The notes: generated by a model from the letters alone, not told the origin. Shown: positions 37,804 through 52,500, numbered from the stretch's first letter. The stretch: DNA of 64,000 nucleotides from an uncultured Verrucomicrobiae bacterium (GCA_963707025.1 CAVPOM010000006.1:288001-352000); one strand, 5' to 3'. Numbers and translations: made by a program.

Positions 37804-39075
37804 ATGAACGCCGATTTTTTGGCAGTGTTAGAGTTCTGGGAACGGGAAAAAGGGATCAGCCGGGATGTGTTGGTCTCCGCCGTGGTGGAGGCCCTGACGG
37901 CCGCCGCCAAAAAAGCGGTTGGCCCGGCCCGCGACCTGCGCTGCGTCATTGACACCAAAAACGGAGACATCAAGGTCTTTGCCAAATTGCTGGTCTCGGA
38001 AAAAGTGACGTCCAAACACGACCAGATTTCGGTCTTCGACGCCCGGCGCCTCAAAGCGGAGGCGCAACTGGGGGAGGAAGTGGAAGTGGAGGTCACGCCG
38101 TCGGGATTCGGACGCATCGCCTCGCAATCGGCCAAGCAGGCCCTCATGCAGCAAATCCGCCGGGCGGAAAAAGAGCTGATCTTCACCGAATTCAAGGACC
38201 GGGTGGGGGACATCATGAGCGGGGTGGTGCGCCGCTTCGAGAGGTCGGATGTGACGATTGACCTGGGCAAGTACGAGGCGCTGCTGCCCAACCGCGAACG
38301 GGTGCCGACGGAAGAATACCAGATTGGCGAGCGCATCCGCTGTTACGTCAAGGCGGTGGAAACCGGCCAGCACGGCCCGGAGATCATCCTCTCGCGGGCC
38401 GACCCGCAATTTGTCATCAAACTGTTCCAGTTGGAAGTTTCCGAAATCAACGACGGCACGATCGAAATCAAGGGCATCGCCCGCGAACCGGGCTTCCGCA
38501 CCAAGCTGGCCGTCCACACCCGCGATCCGAAGGTGGACCCGGTGGGGGCGTGCGTGGGCCTGCGCGGGCAGCGCGTCAAGAATATTGTGCGGGAACTCAA
38601 CAACGAGAAGGTGGACATCATCAAGTGGGACGCGAACGTGAAGACTTACATCGCCAACGCCCTCTCCCCCGCCCAGCTCAAGGCCTTCACCGTGGACGAG
38701 CCGCGCCGCCGGGTGAAGATCATGGTGGCGCAGGACCAGCTTTCCCTGGCCATCGGCAAGCGCGGCCAGAACGCCCGGCTGACCTCCAAGCTGACCGGCT
38801 GGCAAATAGACATCGAGCCGGAGACGGTCGTGACCCTGGGCTTTGAGGAGAAGGTCGCCCAGGCGGTGCAAAATCTGGCGGCCATTCCGGGCCTGACCGC
38901 CGAGCAGGCCAACATTTTGGTGCATGCCGGTTTTTTGACCCTGGACGATTTGTGCCAGGTGGAGGTGGCCGATCTGGAGCAGATCGAGCAACTGAAGGGT
39001 TTTGGGGAGGGGATTGTGGCCGCGGCCAAGGCGGAGGCGGCCCGGCGCAACGGGGGCGATCCGGCGCAGAAATAG
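37804..39075 (+). CDS. nusA: Transcription termination factor NusA
   Basis: FGRIA, AREPGFRTK, DPVGACVG, LSLAIGKRGQNARL. Confidence 0.96.
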   Translation: MNADFLAVLEFWEREKGISRDVLVSAVVEALTAAAKKAVGPARDLRCVIDTKNGDIKVFAKLLVSEKVTSKHDQISVFDARRLKAEAQLGEEVEVEVTPSGFGRIASQSAKQALMQQIRRAEKELIFTEFKDRVGDIMSGVVRRFERSDVTIDLGKYEALLPNRERVPTEEYQIGERIRCYVKAVETGQHGPEIILSRADPQFVIKLFQLEVSEINDGTIEIKGIAREPGFRTKLAVHTRDPKVDPVGACVGLRGQRVKNIVRELNNEKVDIIKWDANVKTYIANALSPAQLKAFTVDEPRRRVKIMVAQDQLSLAIGKRGQNARLTSKLTGWQIDIEPETVVTLGFEEKVAQAVQNLAAIPGLTAEQANILVHAGFLTLDDLCQVEVADLEQIEQLKGFGEGIVAAAKAEAARRNGGDPAQK

Positions 39076-39167
39076 CGTGAAGTGATGAGAATAGAGGCTA
39101 CCATGATTGCATGTTAAAGCCATGAAACCTGTGTGGCCCAATCGGCAGCTTTGGCAAAACCAGAACT

Positions 39168-41711
39168 ATGCCCGTTCGTATTTACGATATAGCAAAGAAA
39201 CTTGGCATCGAAAGCAAGGAGGTCCTTGCCAAGGCCAAGGAATTGGGCATTGCCGCCAGAGTCCCGTCCAGCTCGCTGGATAAAATCACCGGCGAGTTTC
39301 TGGAACTGCAATTGGCCGCGCTCCACCCGCCGCCACCGCCGCCACCACCACCCGTAGTCGCCCCGCCGCCGCCCGTCGTTGAAATCGCGCCCCCGCCGCC
39401 CGTGCCAGGGCCGTCCGCCCCTGTGATGGAGGCGCCCAAACCGGCGGAGCCTTTGCCCGTTTTGGAGCCGCCGGTTGCGCCTCCGCCCGCCCTGCCTGCG
39501 GTGGTGGCGGCGCCGGCGACCCTTGCGCCGCCGGCCATCATGGCCGCCGCGCCGGCGGCTGTTCCCGATCAAGTTCCAGGCGCCGTGGCCGCGGCCATCG
39601 CGGCGGCGCCCGCCCCCAAACCGCCCCCGCCGCCGCCCGTTCCGAAGCTGGGCGAAAAAGTTGGGTTTGTGCAACTGCCCCCCAAGCCCGCCCCGCGGCC
39701 CGCCGCGGAAAGGGCCTCCGCCCGCGCCTCCTTGCAGCCCGCCCGCGCCGATTTTAGAGGGCGCGGCGATATTCGCAGCGTGCGCGGCGGCGGACCCGTT
39801 GCGCCCACGGCGCAGCCTGCCGGCGGTCAACGACCGGCCGGCCAGAGGCTGCCGGGCAAAGCGGGCGCGCCCGCCCCGGCGGCGGCCAAGATGCCGGACA
39901 AGATAGTGGCGCCGGCCACAGGGGAACTCATCACCCTCAAACCGCCCATCATCGTCCGCGACCTGGCCGAACACCTGAAACGCAAGCCGTTCCAGATCAT
40001 TGAAAAGCTGATGGAGCTGGGAGTTTTTGCCAGCGTCAACCAATCGGTGGAGGAGGAGATCGCGCGGCAGGTCTGCGCCAAGTTTGGCTATCGTTTCGAG
40101 GTGGAAAAGCGCGTGCGCGGCGGCGGCACCGTCCACGACATGGACAAGAAAGTGGAACTGGACGTGGAGGACAAAAGCGAGCAGATGCGGACCCGCCCGC
40201 CGGTCGTCACCATCATGGGCCATGTGGACCACGGCAAGACGACTCTGCTGGATGTGATCCGCAAAGCCAATGTCGCCGCCGGGGAGGCGGGAGGGATCAC
40301 CCAGCACATTGGCGCCTACACCATTTCCTTTCCGCATCCCGAACGCAAAGGGGAGATCCAGCAGATTACGTTTCTGGACACCCCGGGCCACGCCGCGTTC
40401 AGCGCCATGCGCGCCCGCGGCGCCAACGTGACCGACATCGTGGTCCTGGTGGTGGCGGCCAACGACGGGGTGATGCCCCAGACCATCGAAGCCTTGAACC
40501 ACGCCCGGGACGCCCATGTTCCCATCATCGTCGCTGTCAATAAATGCGACCATCCCAACGCCGGCCCCATGAAAGTGCGCCAGCAGCTCCAGGACAAAGG
40601 GCTGGTCTCCGATGAGTGGGGCGGGGACACGATTTTCGTGGATGTCTCCGCCCTGACCGGCAAGGGAGTGGATAAATTGCTGGAAATGATACTCCTCCAG
40701 GCCGACCTGCTGGAACTGAAGGCCAACCCGGACCGCAACGCCAAGGGCAACGTCATTGAATCCGGCCTGGAACCGGGCGGCCCGACCGCCACCGTCCTGG
40801 TGCGCAAAGGAACCCTGCGCATTGGCGACGTGGTGGTTTGCGGCGCTTACTGGGGCAAGGTGCGGGCGCTGATCAGCGAGGAAGGCGCGCGCCAGAAGGA
40901 AGCCGGCCCTTCCGTGGCGGTGAAGATCCTCGGCCTCAACGGCGTCCCCGTGGCCGGCCAGGAATTCAGCGTGATCGAGGACGAGAAAATGGCGCGCACC
41001 CTGGCCGAACAGCGGGAAGAGGAACTGCGCAACCTGTCCACCGAGTCCCGCGCCAAAGTGACCCTGGAGAATTTGTTTGCCACCCTGGACGCCACCAAGG
41101 CCAAATCCCTCAAGGTCGTGGTCAAGGCCGACATGCAAGGCTCGGTCGAAGCCATCGTCGAGGCGCTCAAGAAAATTGAGGATGCCAAGGTTTCGCTGGA
41201 GGTCATTCACAGCGCGGTCGGCACCATCACCGAATCGGACGTCTCCCTGGCCTCCGCCGCCTCGGCCATCATTCTCGGTTTCCACACCCGCATTGATGTG
41301 GGGGTGGCCGACCTGGCCAAACGCGAAGGGGTGCAGATCAAACTCTATTCCATCATCTACGAGCTGATTGACGAAGTCAAGGCCTCCATGGCCGGCCTGC
41401 TCGAACCGGCCATTAAAGAAACCGTCATCGGCACCGCCGAGGTGCGCAAGCTCTTTGAATTGTCCAAGGGCGGCCATGTCGCCGGCTGCATGGTGAGCAG
41501 CGGGCGGGTGGTGCGCGGCAAGGCCCGGGTGCTGCGCCGCAAGGGCCTGATTTACGAGGGCGTGGTGCAGAGCCTTCGCCGTTTCCAGGACGAAGTCAAT
41601 GAAGTGCGGGCCGGCATGGAATGCGGCATCCGCATCGAGGGTTTCAACGACATGCAAGTCGGCGACACCATAGACTGCTTCATCACCGAAAAAGTCGCCC
41701 CCAAGGCCTGA
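39168..41711 (+). CDS. infB: Translation initiation factor IF-2 with Pro/Ala-rich linker
   Basis: [35 protein letters not shown]. Confidence 0.97.
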   Translation: MPVRIYDIAKKLGIESKEVLAKAKELGIAARVPSSSLDKITGEFLELQLAALHPPPPPPPPPVVAPPPPVVEIAPPPPVPGPSAPVMEAPKPAEPLPVLEPPVAPPPALPAVVAAPATLAPPAIMAAAPAAVPDQVPGAVAAAIAAAPAPKPPPPPPVPKLGEKVGFVQLPPKPAPRPAAERASARASLQPARADFRGRGDIRSVRGGGPVAPTAQPAGGQRPAGQRLPGKAGAPAPAAAKMPDKIVAPATGELITLKPPIIVRDLAEHLKRKPFQIIEKLMELGVFASVNQSVEEEIARQVCAKFGYRFEVEKRVRGGGTVHDMDKKVELDVEDKSEQMRTRPPVVTIMGHVDHGKTTLLDVIRKANVAAGEAGGITQHIGAYTISFPHPERKGEIQQITFLDTPGHAAFSAMRARGANVTDIVVLVVAANDGVMPQTIEALNHARDAHVPIIVAVNKCDHPNAGPMKVRQQLQDKGLVSDEWGGDTIFVDVSALTGKGVDKLLEMILLQADLLELKANPDRNAKGNVIESGLEPGGPTATVLVRKGTLRIGDVVVCGAYWGKVRALISEEGARQKEAGPSVAVKILGLNGVPVAGQEFSVIEDEKMARTLAEQREEELRNLSTESRAKVTLENLFATLDATKAKSLKVVVKADMQGSVEAIVEALKKIEDAKVSLEVIHSAVGTITESDVSLASAASAIILGFHTRIDVGVADLAKREGVQIKLYSIIYELIDEVKASMAGLLEPAIKETVIGTAEVRKLFELSKGGHVAGCMVSSGRVVRGKARVLRRKGLIYEGVVQSLRRFQDEVNEVRAGMECGIRIEGFNDMQVGDTIDCFITEKVAPKA

Positions 41712-41782
41712 CTCTTAATCCTGATCTTAATCTTAATCTCCGTGGGGCCATCACGAAAGAGATTGAGAATTATGATTAAGAC
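41712..41782. repeat. Inverted hexamer arrays directly after the infB stop
   Basis: ctcttaatcctgatcttaatcttaatctc ... gagattgagaattatgattaagac. Confidence 0.85.
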
Positions 41783-41799
41783 GACGAGCAGATAAGAGA

Positions 41800-42108
41800 A
41801 TGGACTATAAAATTATATGCCCGGGTTGCCGAACCAGGCTTTCGCGCTGGCGCTATTTTTCCACGCTGTCCATTTACTACCGCTGCCCGGGCTGTGCCGC
41901 CCGGTTTCGCATGACGGCGAAGGGTTTTGCCATCACCTTCGCCGTGGTGGCTGTCCAGTTTTTCTGGGTCGCGCTTGACCTGCTCCACGTTATTTCATGG
42001 TATGTCGCCATTGATTTTCTCGTCGTGACGGCCGCGCTGGGGCTTTGGCTTCTTCCCTTGTGGACGCCCGTGCAGGCGGAGCGGCCCGCCCAGACGGAGA
42101 GGCCATGA
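41800..42108 (+). CDS. Small membrane protein with two CPGC motifs
   Basis: CPGC-x16-CPGC then two hydrophobic helices. Confidence 0.7.
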   Translation: MDYKIICPGCRTRLSRWRYFSTLSIYYRCPGCAARFRMTAKGFAITFAVVAVQFFWVALDLLHVISWYVAIDFLVVTAALGLWLLPLWTPVQAERPAQTERP

Positions 42109-42193
42109 TTATGTCAAACCTAATTATGCGCGGCGGGGCGGGCCGGGTTTTTCCAGGACCGGTCCATCCGGCGGCGGCGCGCTGAAAAGGCTC

Positions 42194-45100
42194 ATGCCAG
42201 GCTTCCTTTCCAAAGCGCTGATTGGCTGGCGGAGGCTGATGGCGGCATCGGCCCTGGCGGCGGCGCTGGGGGCGGCGGCGGCGACCCCCATCCTGGAAGG
42301 CCAGACCGCGCGTCCCTTGCGCTATCATCCTGAGGGCACGGATTTTGTCATCACCAACGGCGCGGAATTCTTCAACCGCCCCCTCTACGGCCCCAACACC
42401 GCCTTTCGCGTGGATGCGGGCGACCAGCCGGAGTTCGCGCTGTATCTGCCGGGCCGCGGGGGCAACCTCCGCCTCGGCCTGCAGACGCGGCCGGCGCGAA
42501 ATGGCTGTGGGAGGCCGACCGGGTGGTGGCACGCTACCGGCCCGGATGCATGATTTACGAAATTGGCGACGCGCTCCTGGGGGACGGGAAATTGCAATTG
42601 ACAGCGATGGCCCTGGACAAGACGGAAGGGCTGGCGCTGCGCGTGGCATGGGAGGGAGCGGCCGCGGGGGCCGGGCTGGTGTGGGCTTACGGCGGCGTCA
42701 ACGGCCAGCGCGGCGCGCGCGACGGGGACATCGGCACGGAGCGCGTGCCGGTCAGCGAATTCTTCCAATTGCAAGCGGCCTTCTGCCAGGGCAACGAGTT
42801 TGACCTGGAGGGCGATCGGTTCACGCTGCGCAGCCGGCCAGGCCACCATTGCGGGCCTGATGCCGCCCGGCAGCAAATTGGCGCTGGCGGAGGCGACGAA
42901 CTGGGCGTCGTTGAAAGACCTGCTGGCCCCGGCGAGCCGGCCGGTGACACTGCCGGTGGTCATCGGACAAGCCGGGCTGCGCAGCGGTCAACCGCTTTTC
43001 ATAGTGTTGCAGCGGCTGGCGGCGGGCGGGGAAAGCCAGGATGGACCGCGTGCGCCGGCCTACAAAGTGGAGGATTTGCCGAAGATTTTCGCCGCCGCCG
43101 AGGAACACCGCCGCCAATTGGCGGAAAGGATGGTGGTGGATACGCCGGACCCGTTCATCAACGCCGCCGCCGCCGCGCTCGGTGTGGCGGCCGACGGGGT
43201 GTGGGATGAGCGGCAAGGAGCGGTCATGCACGGCGCGGTCGCCTGGCGCGCCAAGTTGTTGGGCTGGCGCGGAGATTACATCAACGATGAACTGGGCTGG
43301 CATGAGCGCGCGCAACGGGATTTCACCTACTGGGCGGGGCGGCAGAACACCGGACCCATTCCCGCCGCCATCCTGCCGGCGGACGCGGCGGCCAATCTGT
43401 CGCGCAACGAGGCGTCTTTGCACAGCAACGGCGACCTGTCCAATTCGCATTACGACATGAACCTGGTTTTTGTGGACGCGCTCTTCCGCCACCTGCTTTG
43501 GACGGGGGACCTGGAGTTCGCGCGGCAAATGTGGCCGGTCATCCAACGGCACCTGGCTTGGGAGCAGCGCCTGTTCCGCCGTCCCTTCGGCCCCGACGGC
43601 CTGCCGCTTTACGAGGCCTACGCCGCCATCTGGGCCAGCGACGACCTGGAATATGAAGGGGGCGGGGCGGCGCACGCCACGGCCTACAACTATTACCACA
43701 ACAAAATGGCGGCGCGCCTGGCCAAACTCTTGGGCGCGGACCCCGCCCCTTACGAGCGCGAGGCGGCATTGATCGCGCGGGCCATGCGGCGCGAGTTGTG
43801 GCTGCCCGACCGCGGCTGGTTCGCCGAATGGAAGGATTATCTGGGCCTGCAAGGCGCGCATCCCGATGCGGCGCTTTGGACGTTTTACCACACGGTGGAC
43901 TCGGAAGCGGCCACCCCGCTGGAGGCGTGGCAGATGACGCGCTTCGTGGACACGCAAATCGCCCATATTCCCATCCGCGGCCCGGGCGTCCCGCCAGGCT
44001 GCTACACGCTGCCCACGACGAGCTGGATGCCCTACACCTGGTCGCTCAACAACGTGGTGATGGCGGAGGCGCAGCACACCGCGCTGGCCTTCTGGCAGGC
44101 CGGGCGGAGCGAGGAGGCCTTCCGCCTGTGCAAGGGCAGTATTCTGGACAGCATGTTCCTGGGCCTGTGCCCCGGCAACGCCGGCATGTGTACCTGGTTC
44201 GACGCCAACCGGCGCGAGTCCCAGCGCGACTTCGCCGACGGCATTGGCATGACGGCGCGCGCGCTGGTGGAGGGATTGTTCGGCGTCAGGCCCGACGCGC
44301 TGGCGGGCGAAGTGCGCATTCGTCCCGGCTTCCCGGCGGACTGGGAGCGGGCCAGTCTGCGCCACCGCGACTTCAACTTTGCCTTCCGGCGCGCGGGGCT
44401 GGCCGAGACTTTCACGCTGCAAACGGCCTTTGCCAAACCGATGGCGCTGCGGCTGCAGGTTGCGGCGTTGCGCGACGGCATCGCCAGCGTGACGGTCAAT
44501 GGCGCGCCGGCGCAATGGCGGGCGTTGGAAGACGCGGTGGGCTGGCCCCGGGTGGAAATTGAGAGCGCGGCGGCGCCGCGGCAGGAAGTGGTTATTGTAT
44601 GGAAAGGGGAAGAACCGGCGCGGGCGGAGGTCCCGGCCATCGCGAGCAAAAACGGAGCCATACGGGCGCAGTTCGGCACGGCCCGCTTGCGCGAAGTGGC
44701 CGACCCACAGGGGGCGCTGGGCCAACTGACGACGGAGACCAACGGGTTCCGCGCCGTGGCGGCCGGAAGGGCGGGCCACCGCACCGCGTTCGCCCAGGTT
44801 CAGCAGGGCGGGATGATCTGGTGGCTGCCGGCGCCGTTCGAGATAAGGCCGGCGTATGAAATTGTTGCGGCGGAGAGGCAGGGGGCCGGCCACCTGCGCT
44901 TTCGCCTGCGCAACAACACCTCGGCCGCGCTGGACGGCGCGGCGGCGGTCCGCGCGGGCGGGCGCGTGGTCAACATCCGGCTGCGCGCGCCCGCCTTTGG
45001 AGAGTCGGAAGAAATCGTCTTGACAGATGAGGGATTGCTGCCCGGCACCAACCCGGTCGGCGTGGACCTTGGCGGCGGGCAAACCGTGGAAGGTGCGGTG

Positions 45101-45865
45101 GTCAACTGGAAGCTGGCGGCCGGTCCGGCGGCGGTCCGGTGGGACCTGGTGGACCTGACGGCGCTGTTTAACGACAATGTCACTCAGATTTTCCGCAACG
45201 ACTACCGGTCGCCCCGTTCGCCGTTTTGCTCGCTGGCGATTCCGCAGCAGGGATTCGGCAGTTGGTGCAGTCCCACGGCCAGTTTCGAGGTGGACGACAG
45301 CGGGCTGCGCGCGGCCTCCGGCAAAGGAGGCGGGCGTTTGTGGACGCCGCCGGGTGTGCCGTTCCAGACCCCGGGTCCGGGCGGGGGCAGGAACATCGCC
45401 TTCACGTCCCGGTGGGACAATTATCCGCATGAAATATCGGCGCCCCTGCATGGCAAGTCGGCGCGGGCCTGGTTTTTGCTGGCGGGATCTTCCAATCCGA
45501 TGCAGAGCCAGTTCGACAACGGCGAAATAGTGGTGGCCTACACGGACGGCTCCAGCGAGCGTCTGGCCCTGCGCAATCCCACCACCTGGTGGCCGATAGA
45601 CCAGGATTATTTCCTGGACGACTTCGCCTTCCGCCGTCCCGACCCGATCCCGCCGCGGGTGGATTTGCGCACCGGCCAGGTGCGGATACTGGAGGCGGCC
45701 AGCTTCAAAGGCCGCGGGGGCAAAGTGCCGGGCGGAGCGGCCACGATGCTCGACCTGCCGCTCAATCCGGCAAAGGAACTGCAGTCCCTGACCGTTCGCA
45801 CCCTGGCCAACGAAGTCGTCATCGGGCTGATGGCGGTGACGTTGGAAAGGCCAAGCGACAAATGA
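42194..45865 (+). CDS. DUF4450-like secreted glycoside hydrolase, two apparent frameshifts (~42487, ~42835)
   Basis: Three consecutive frames join into one protein (FNRPLYG / VARYRPG..GDIGTE / HGAVAWR..YDMNL..IWASD). Confidence 0.75.
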
Positions 45866-45878
45866 TAGAGGCTGAATG

Positions 45879-45910
45879 CGGTGGTGGAGTGATGGAGTGA
45901 TGGAGGATGG
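45879..45910. repeat. 8-bp array (TGGAGTGA-like)
   Basis: cggtggtggagtgatggagtgatggaggatgg. Confidence 0.65.
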
Positions 45911-46283
45911 AAAAGACCGGATGGAAGGCAGGGGAAATGATGGTCCGAGGAATAATCCTGAAACGGCTTTTTCTCATTCCTTTAAGGATCATTCCCCGTC
46001 ATTGCCTTGGGCAAGAAGTTATTCCCGCAAAATGGCGGACGCGCGTTTTGCAGAGGTCTCAGAATGTAAAATAAAGTCGCGTTCAAGACTTGATTTTGGG
46101 GGCTGGCGGCGATATCCTTGCTGGCAAGACCGGTCAGACGCCATTCCGGTTTTTGTCCGCACGCCAATTGAAGTGGAAGCGCTTTAAGGTGGTGGCAACA
46201 TCACCTGCGCCAAGCCCGCGCGCAGCCGGGCCGGGCCGGGCGATGTTTTTTATCGTGACGATTTGAAGATAGTATTGGCCGGT

Positions 46284-47156
<873 letters not shown>

Positions 47157-47180
47157 GGTGCAAAGGGGTTCAGGGCCAAT

Positions 47181-48145
47181 TCAGGGGTCGGGGAGGAGGA
47201 TGATTTTGCCGCGGGCGCCGGGCTGGAGGATTTGCTGGTGGGCGCGCGGGGCCTGGGCCAGCGGGAGTTCGCAGGCAATGACGGGATTAAGGACGCCGTT
47301 TTCAAGGGCGGCGGCCAAGGCGCAATGGATGGCCTGTTTGTCTTTTTCGGAGGCAATGAAGAGCATCATGCCGCGGATTTCGGCGTCGCGCTTCATGGTT
47401 TCGCGGGGGTCAATTTCTATCTTGCCGCGGTTGCCGATGACGATGACGCGGCCATTGGCGGCGAGAATGGAAAGGTCGTTGGCCAGGTTCACGTTGGCCA
47501 GCATTTCGAGAATGATGTCGGGGCCGCGGCCGGCGGTCAGGGCGGTGACTTGCTGGAGGTAATCCGCGGTGTGATGGTCCAGGACGTGATGGGCGCCGAG
47601 CTGGCGGACCAGGCCGGCGCTGGCCGGGTGCCGGCAGTGGCGATGATGTTTAAACCGGCGGCGCGGGCGAGTTGGATGGCGGCGTTGCCAACGCCGCCGC
47701 TGGCGCCGTGGATGAGGACGGTTTCACCGGGAATGGCGCGGGCGCGCTGGAACAAGGCCCGCCAAGCGGTGGCGCTGGGGATATTGACGGCCGCGCCCTG
47801 GGAGAAGGAGATTTTTTCAGGCAAGGGATGGACATCGGAGGGTTGGCAAAGGGTCAGGCCGGCATAAGCGCCGGTGAGCGTGCCGCTGGTATAGACGCGC
47901 GCGCCGGGCGGCCAGCCGCGCACGGAATCGCCGGCGGCCAGGACTTCGCCGGCGGCGTCGGTGCCGGGGGTGTAGGGGAGGGAGAGGGCGGGATTGGAGC
48001 CGGAGCGCAAATAGGTTTCCACGGGATTGACGCCAATGGCGCGGACGCGAATGAGAATCTGGTTGGGGCCGGGTTGCGGGTCGGGCACCTGTTGGAGGGA
48101 CAGGACCTCCGGACCGCCGAATTGGTGAACGCGGATTGCTTTCAT
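47181..48145 (-). CDS. NADPH:quinone reductase (zeta-crystallin-like), apparent frameshift at ~47627
   Basis: FGGPEVL, GVNPVE, HGASGGVG; adding one base restores 'LVRQLGAHHVLDH...DIILEMLANVNL'. Confidence 0.85.
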
Positions 48146-48150
48146 AAAGG

Positions 48151-49567
48151 TTAGTTTTCGCAGCCGCCGCCGAGGACGGCGTAAAGCGTAACCTGGTTGG
48201 CGAGCTTTGCCAAGCGGAGGGAGCCAAGCACCTGCTGCGCGGCGTAGAGGGAACGTTGCGCATCCAGGACACTCAGGTAGCTGTCAATCCCCATGTTGTA
48301 ACGGGAATTGGACAAGCGATAAGTTTCCGCCACGGCCTGCACCAGGGATTGTTGGGCCTGGACCTGCTGGTCCACGGTGCCGCGGACGGCCAGGGCGTCG
48401 GCCACCTCCCGGAAGGCGCTCTGAATCGCCTTCTCGTATTGGGCGACGGCTATTTCCCGTTGCACTTTGACGGCCTTGTTGGCGGACCAGGTGCGGGCAT
48501 CAAATACCGGCAGGACAATCTGGGGCGCATAGCTCCAGGAGCCTGAGCCGGACTTGAAGAGGCCGGAGAGATCGCCGCTGGCGGTGCCAACGGCGGCGGT
48601 CAGGGAAATTTGCGGGAAGAATGCCGCCCGGGCGGCGCCGATGTCGGCATTGGCCGCCTTGAGCAGATCCTCGGCTTGGAGGACATCAGGCCAGGCGCAG
48701 GAGCACCTCCGAAGATAAACCCGCGCTGATTTCCTGGAAAGGAGCAACGCTCTCCAGCGCGGCGGGCAGTAAGTTGCCCGGCACCGGTGAGCCCGCCAGG
48801 AGGTTCAAGGCATTCTCATCCAGCGCGATCAGTTGTTGGTAGCTGGCGATGTCCCTGCGGGCGCCCTCGACTTGCGTTTGAGCGCGCTGCACATCCAAAT
48901 CTGCCGCCAGGCCCAGGTCATGGCGCCGCTGGATCATATTGAAAGTGCCCTGCTGTGCCGCCAGAGTGGTTTGCGCCAGGGCCAGGCTCCACCGATCCGC
49001 CGCCAAGGTCAGCCAGGCGTTGGCCACCGAAGAGACCAGCAGGATTTGGGCGCTGTGGCGGGCCTGTTCTGTGGCCAGGAATTGCTCCAGGGCCTGGTCT
49101 TTGAGGCTGCGGATGCGGCCGAAGAAGTCTATTTCCCAGGAAGCGACGCCGAGATTAACGCTGTCCTGTTCAATGGTTAACGCATTGCCGCTCTGCCCAA
49201 AGAAAGAGGCGGGAATCCGCTGCTTGCTCGCCAGGCCGGTGGCATTGAGGCTGGGCGCCAGTCCTCCCCTTTGAATGCCGTACTGGGCGCGGGCCAGTTC
49301 CACATTCAGAGCGGCCACGCGCAGATCGCGGTTATTGGTCAAGGCCGTAGCGATGACTTGTTGAAGGTTTTCGTCGGTGAAGAACTGCCGCCATCGGAGT
49401 TGCGGCGCCTCTGGCGCATTGGTGGCCGGTGGGATGGGCTGGCCGGCTGTGGCCGTGGGCCAGGCGGCGGGGACCGGCGCGTTGGGCCGCGTGTATTTCG
49501 GAGCCATGGTGCAGCCAGCCGGGAAGAGGGCGATGCCAACGAGTAAAAGAATTGTGATCTGGTTCAT
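48151..49567 (-). CDS. RND efflux outer-membrane lipoprotein (OprM/NodT family), apparent frameshift at ~48693
   Basis: Lipobox PAGC, NNRDLR, WEIDFFG; removing one base restores [17 protein letters not shown]. Confidence 0.88.
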
Positions 49568-49568
49568 T

Positions 49569-52500
49569 TTATGGATGACCGGGTGGAGTCGAGGCCAGGC
49601 CCTGGGCTGCCGGTGGCGGGACTGGTTTGCCCAGGGTCTTCTGGATTAACACATAAAACAGCGGCGCAAAGAGTGTGACCAGGAAGGTCGAGGTGACCAC
49701 CCCGCCCAGCACAGCGGTGCCGATGGCTTTTTGAGCGCCCCCGCCCGCGCCGGCGGCAAAGGCCAGCGGCAGGACCCCGAAACCGAAGGCCAGGGAGGTC
49801 ATGATGATGGGACGCAGCCTCAGTTTGGCCGCTTGCAGAGTCGCCGGGATCAGTCCCATCCCTTCATCCACGCGCGACTTGGCAAACTGGACGATGAGGA
49901 TGGCGTTCTTGGTGGTCAGGCCCAGAGTGGTCAACAGGCCGATCTGAAAGTAGATGTCATTGGGCAATCCCCGCAGCGAGGTGCCGATGACGCCGCCGAT
50001 GACGCCCAGGGGCAGGGCCAGCAGGATGGAAATGGGGATGGGCCAACTCTCGTAGAGGGCGGCCAGGCAGAGGAAGATGACCAGGATGGAAAAGGCGTAA
50101 ATGGGCGCCGTCTGGGCGCCGGCCTGCCGTTCCTGGTAGGAAAGACCGTTCCAGTCAAAGCCGACGCCGTGCGGCAACTTTTTGACGAAGTCTTCCATGG
50201 CTTGCATGGACTCGCCGGAACTCCTCCCTGGCGCGGCCTCGCCCACAATGTTGATGGACGGAAAGCCGTTGAAGCGCTCCAACCGGGGAGAGCCGGCCGT
50301 CCAGTGCCCGGAGGCAAAGGAAGAAAAGGGAACCATCCTGCCCGCGTTGTTGCGCACATAAAGCTGCTCCAGGTCTTTGGGCAACATCCGGTAGGCAGCA
50401 TCGGCCTGGACAAAGACCCGTTTGACGCGGCCGCCTTGGATGAAGTCATTGACATAGGCGCTGCCGAAGGCAGCCGAGATGGTGTTGTGAATATCGCTGA
50501 TCGGCGTCCCCAGGGCGCCGGCCTTCTCCCAATCCACGTCCACCCGATACTCGGGGACATCTTCAAAACCATTGGGGCGAACCTTGGTCAGGACTGGGTC
50601 CTGCGCCGCCAAGCCCAGGAGTTGGTTGCGGGCCGCCAGCAGCCCGGCGTGGCTCAGACCGCCCCGGTCGAGCAACTGGAAGTCAAACCCCTTGGCGAGG
50701 CCCAGTTCGACGACGGCCGGCGGGGCGAAGGCAAAGACCATGGCATTGCGGATTTGGGAAAAATCTGCCATGGCTCTTCCGGCCACGGCGTCCACCTTCA
50801 GCTCCGGACGATTCCGCAGTTTCCAATCCTTCAGATCAACGAAGGCCAGGCCGGCGTTCTGCCCCTGGCCGGAGAGGCTCATGCCGGAGACGGTGAAGCA
50901 GGATTCCACCGAGTTTTTCTCCTGGTTCACAAAGAAGTCATTGACGTGATCCATCACCTGCTGGGTCTGCTCCAGGGTGGAGTTGGCCGGGAGCATGGCT
51001 TGCACTAACAGGACGCCTTGATCTTCGTCCGGGAGATAGGCGGTGGGCATCCGATGAAAGCCGTAGGCCAATGCCCCCACGATGAGCAGGAAAAAGATCA
51101 GGAAGGGGAAGGTTGTGGACAGGGACAGTCCCACCAAGCGGAGATAGCGATCCCTGGCCCGAAAGAAAACGCGGTCAAACCAGCGGAAGAATGGCCGCAG
51201 AAACCAGACCCCCGCCTCCGCCGGTTCATGTCCCTTGGGCACCGGCTTGAGAAAGGAGGCGCACAGCACCGGGGTCAAGACCAGGGCAACCAGCACCGAA
51301 AGGAGCATGGCGGCGCTGATGGTGACGGAAAACTGACGGTAAATGACCCCGGTGGAGCCGCTAAAAAAGGCCATGGGACCGAAGACGGCGGAGAGGACCA
51401 GGCCGATGCCGATCAAGGCGCTGGTGATTTGGTCCATGGACTTGCGCGTGGCCTCCAAGGGGGAGAGACCTTCCTCGCTCATAATCCGCTCCACGTTTTC
51501 CACCACCACGATGGCGTCGTCCACCAGCAGGCCAATGGCCAGCACCATGGCGAACATGGTGAGCATGTTGATGGAGAAGCCGAAAAACCCCAGGACGGCG
51601 AAAGTTCCCAGGAGCACCACGGGGACGGCGATGGTGGGGATCAAGGTGGCCCGCAAGTTGCCCATGAAAAGGTACATCACCAGGAAAACCAGCCCGATGG
51701 CCTCGAAGAGAGTCTTGACCACCTCGCCGATGGCCACCCGGACAAATGGGGTGGTGTCATAGGGATAGACGACCTTCATGCCGGGCGGAAAGAAGTGGCT
51801 CAACTCCTCCATCTTGGCCCGGATGGCATCGGCTGTGCCCAAGGCGTTGGCGCCGGCGGCCTGCCGGATGGCCATGCCGGCCGCGGGCTTGCCGTTGTAA
51901 AAGCCTTCGATATCGTAGGATTCAGTGCCGAGTTCCGTCCGCCCCACATCCTTGATCCGCACCACGGAGCCATCGGGATTGGTGCGGATGGGGATGGCGG
52001 CAAACTCCCCGGGTGTTTTGAGCAGGCTTTGGACAATGATGGAGGCATTGAGGCGCTGGCCTTTCTCCGCCGGCGCTCCGCCGAACTGCCCGGCGGACAC
52101 TTCCACGTTATAGGCCTGGAGCGCCACGATCACATCCTCAATGGTCATGTTATATTCGGTCAGCTTGTCGGGATTGAGCCAGATGCGCATCGCATACTGG
52201 CTGCCGAATTCGTCCACTTCACCGACCCCCGGCACGCGCGAAAGCACCTTTTCCAGGCTGGACTGGGCATAGTCCCGCAAGTCATTGCCATCCATGCTCC
52301 CATCTTCGGAGATGAGGCCAATGACCAACAGGTAGTTGCGAGTGGACTTGCTCACCGTCACGCCCTGGCGCTGCACCACCTCCGGCAGACTCGCCGTGGC
52401 GAGTTGAAGCTTGTTCTGCACCTGGGCCCAGGCCAGGTCCGGATTGGTGCCGGGAGCAAAGGTGAGCTCAACACGGGCATTGCCGGACGAATCGCTGGTG

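Noticed and set aside
39320..39700. Pro/Ala-rich low-complexity stretch in infB as an inserted element
   Set aside because: Variable low-complexity linkers are normal in IF-2 N-termini
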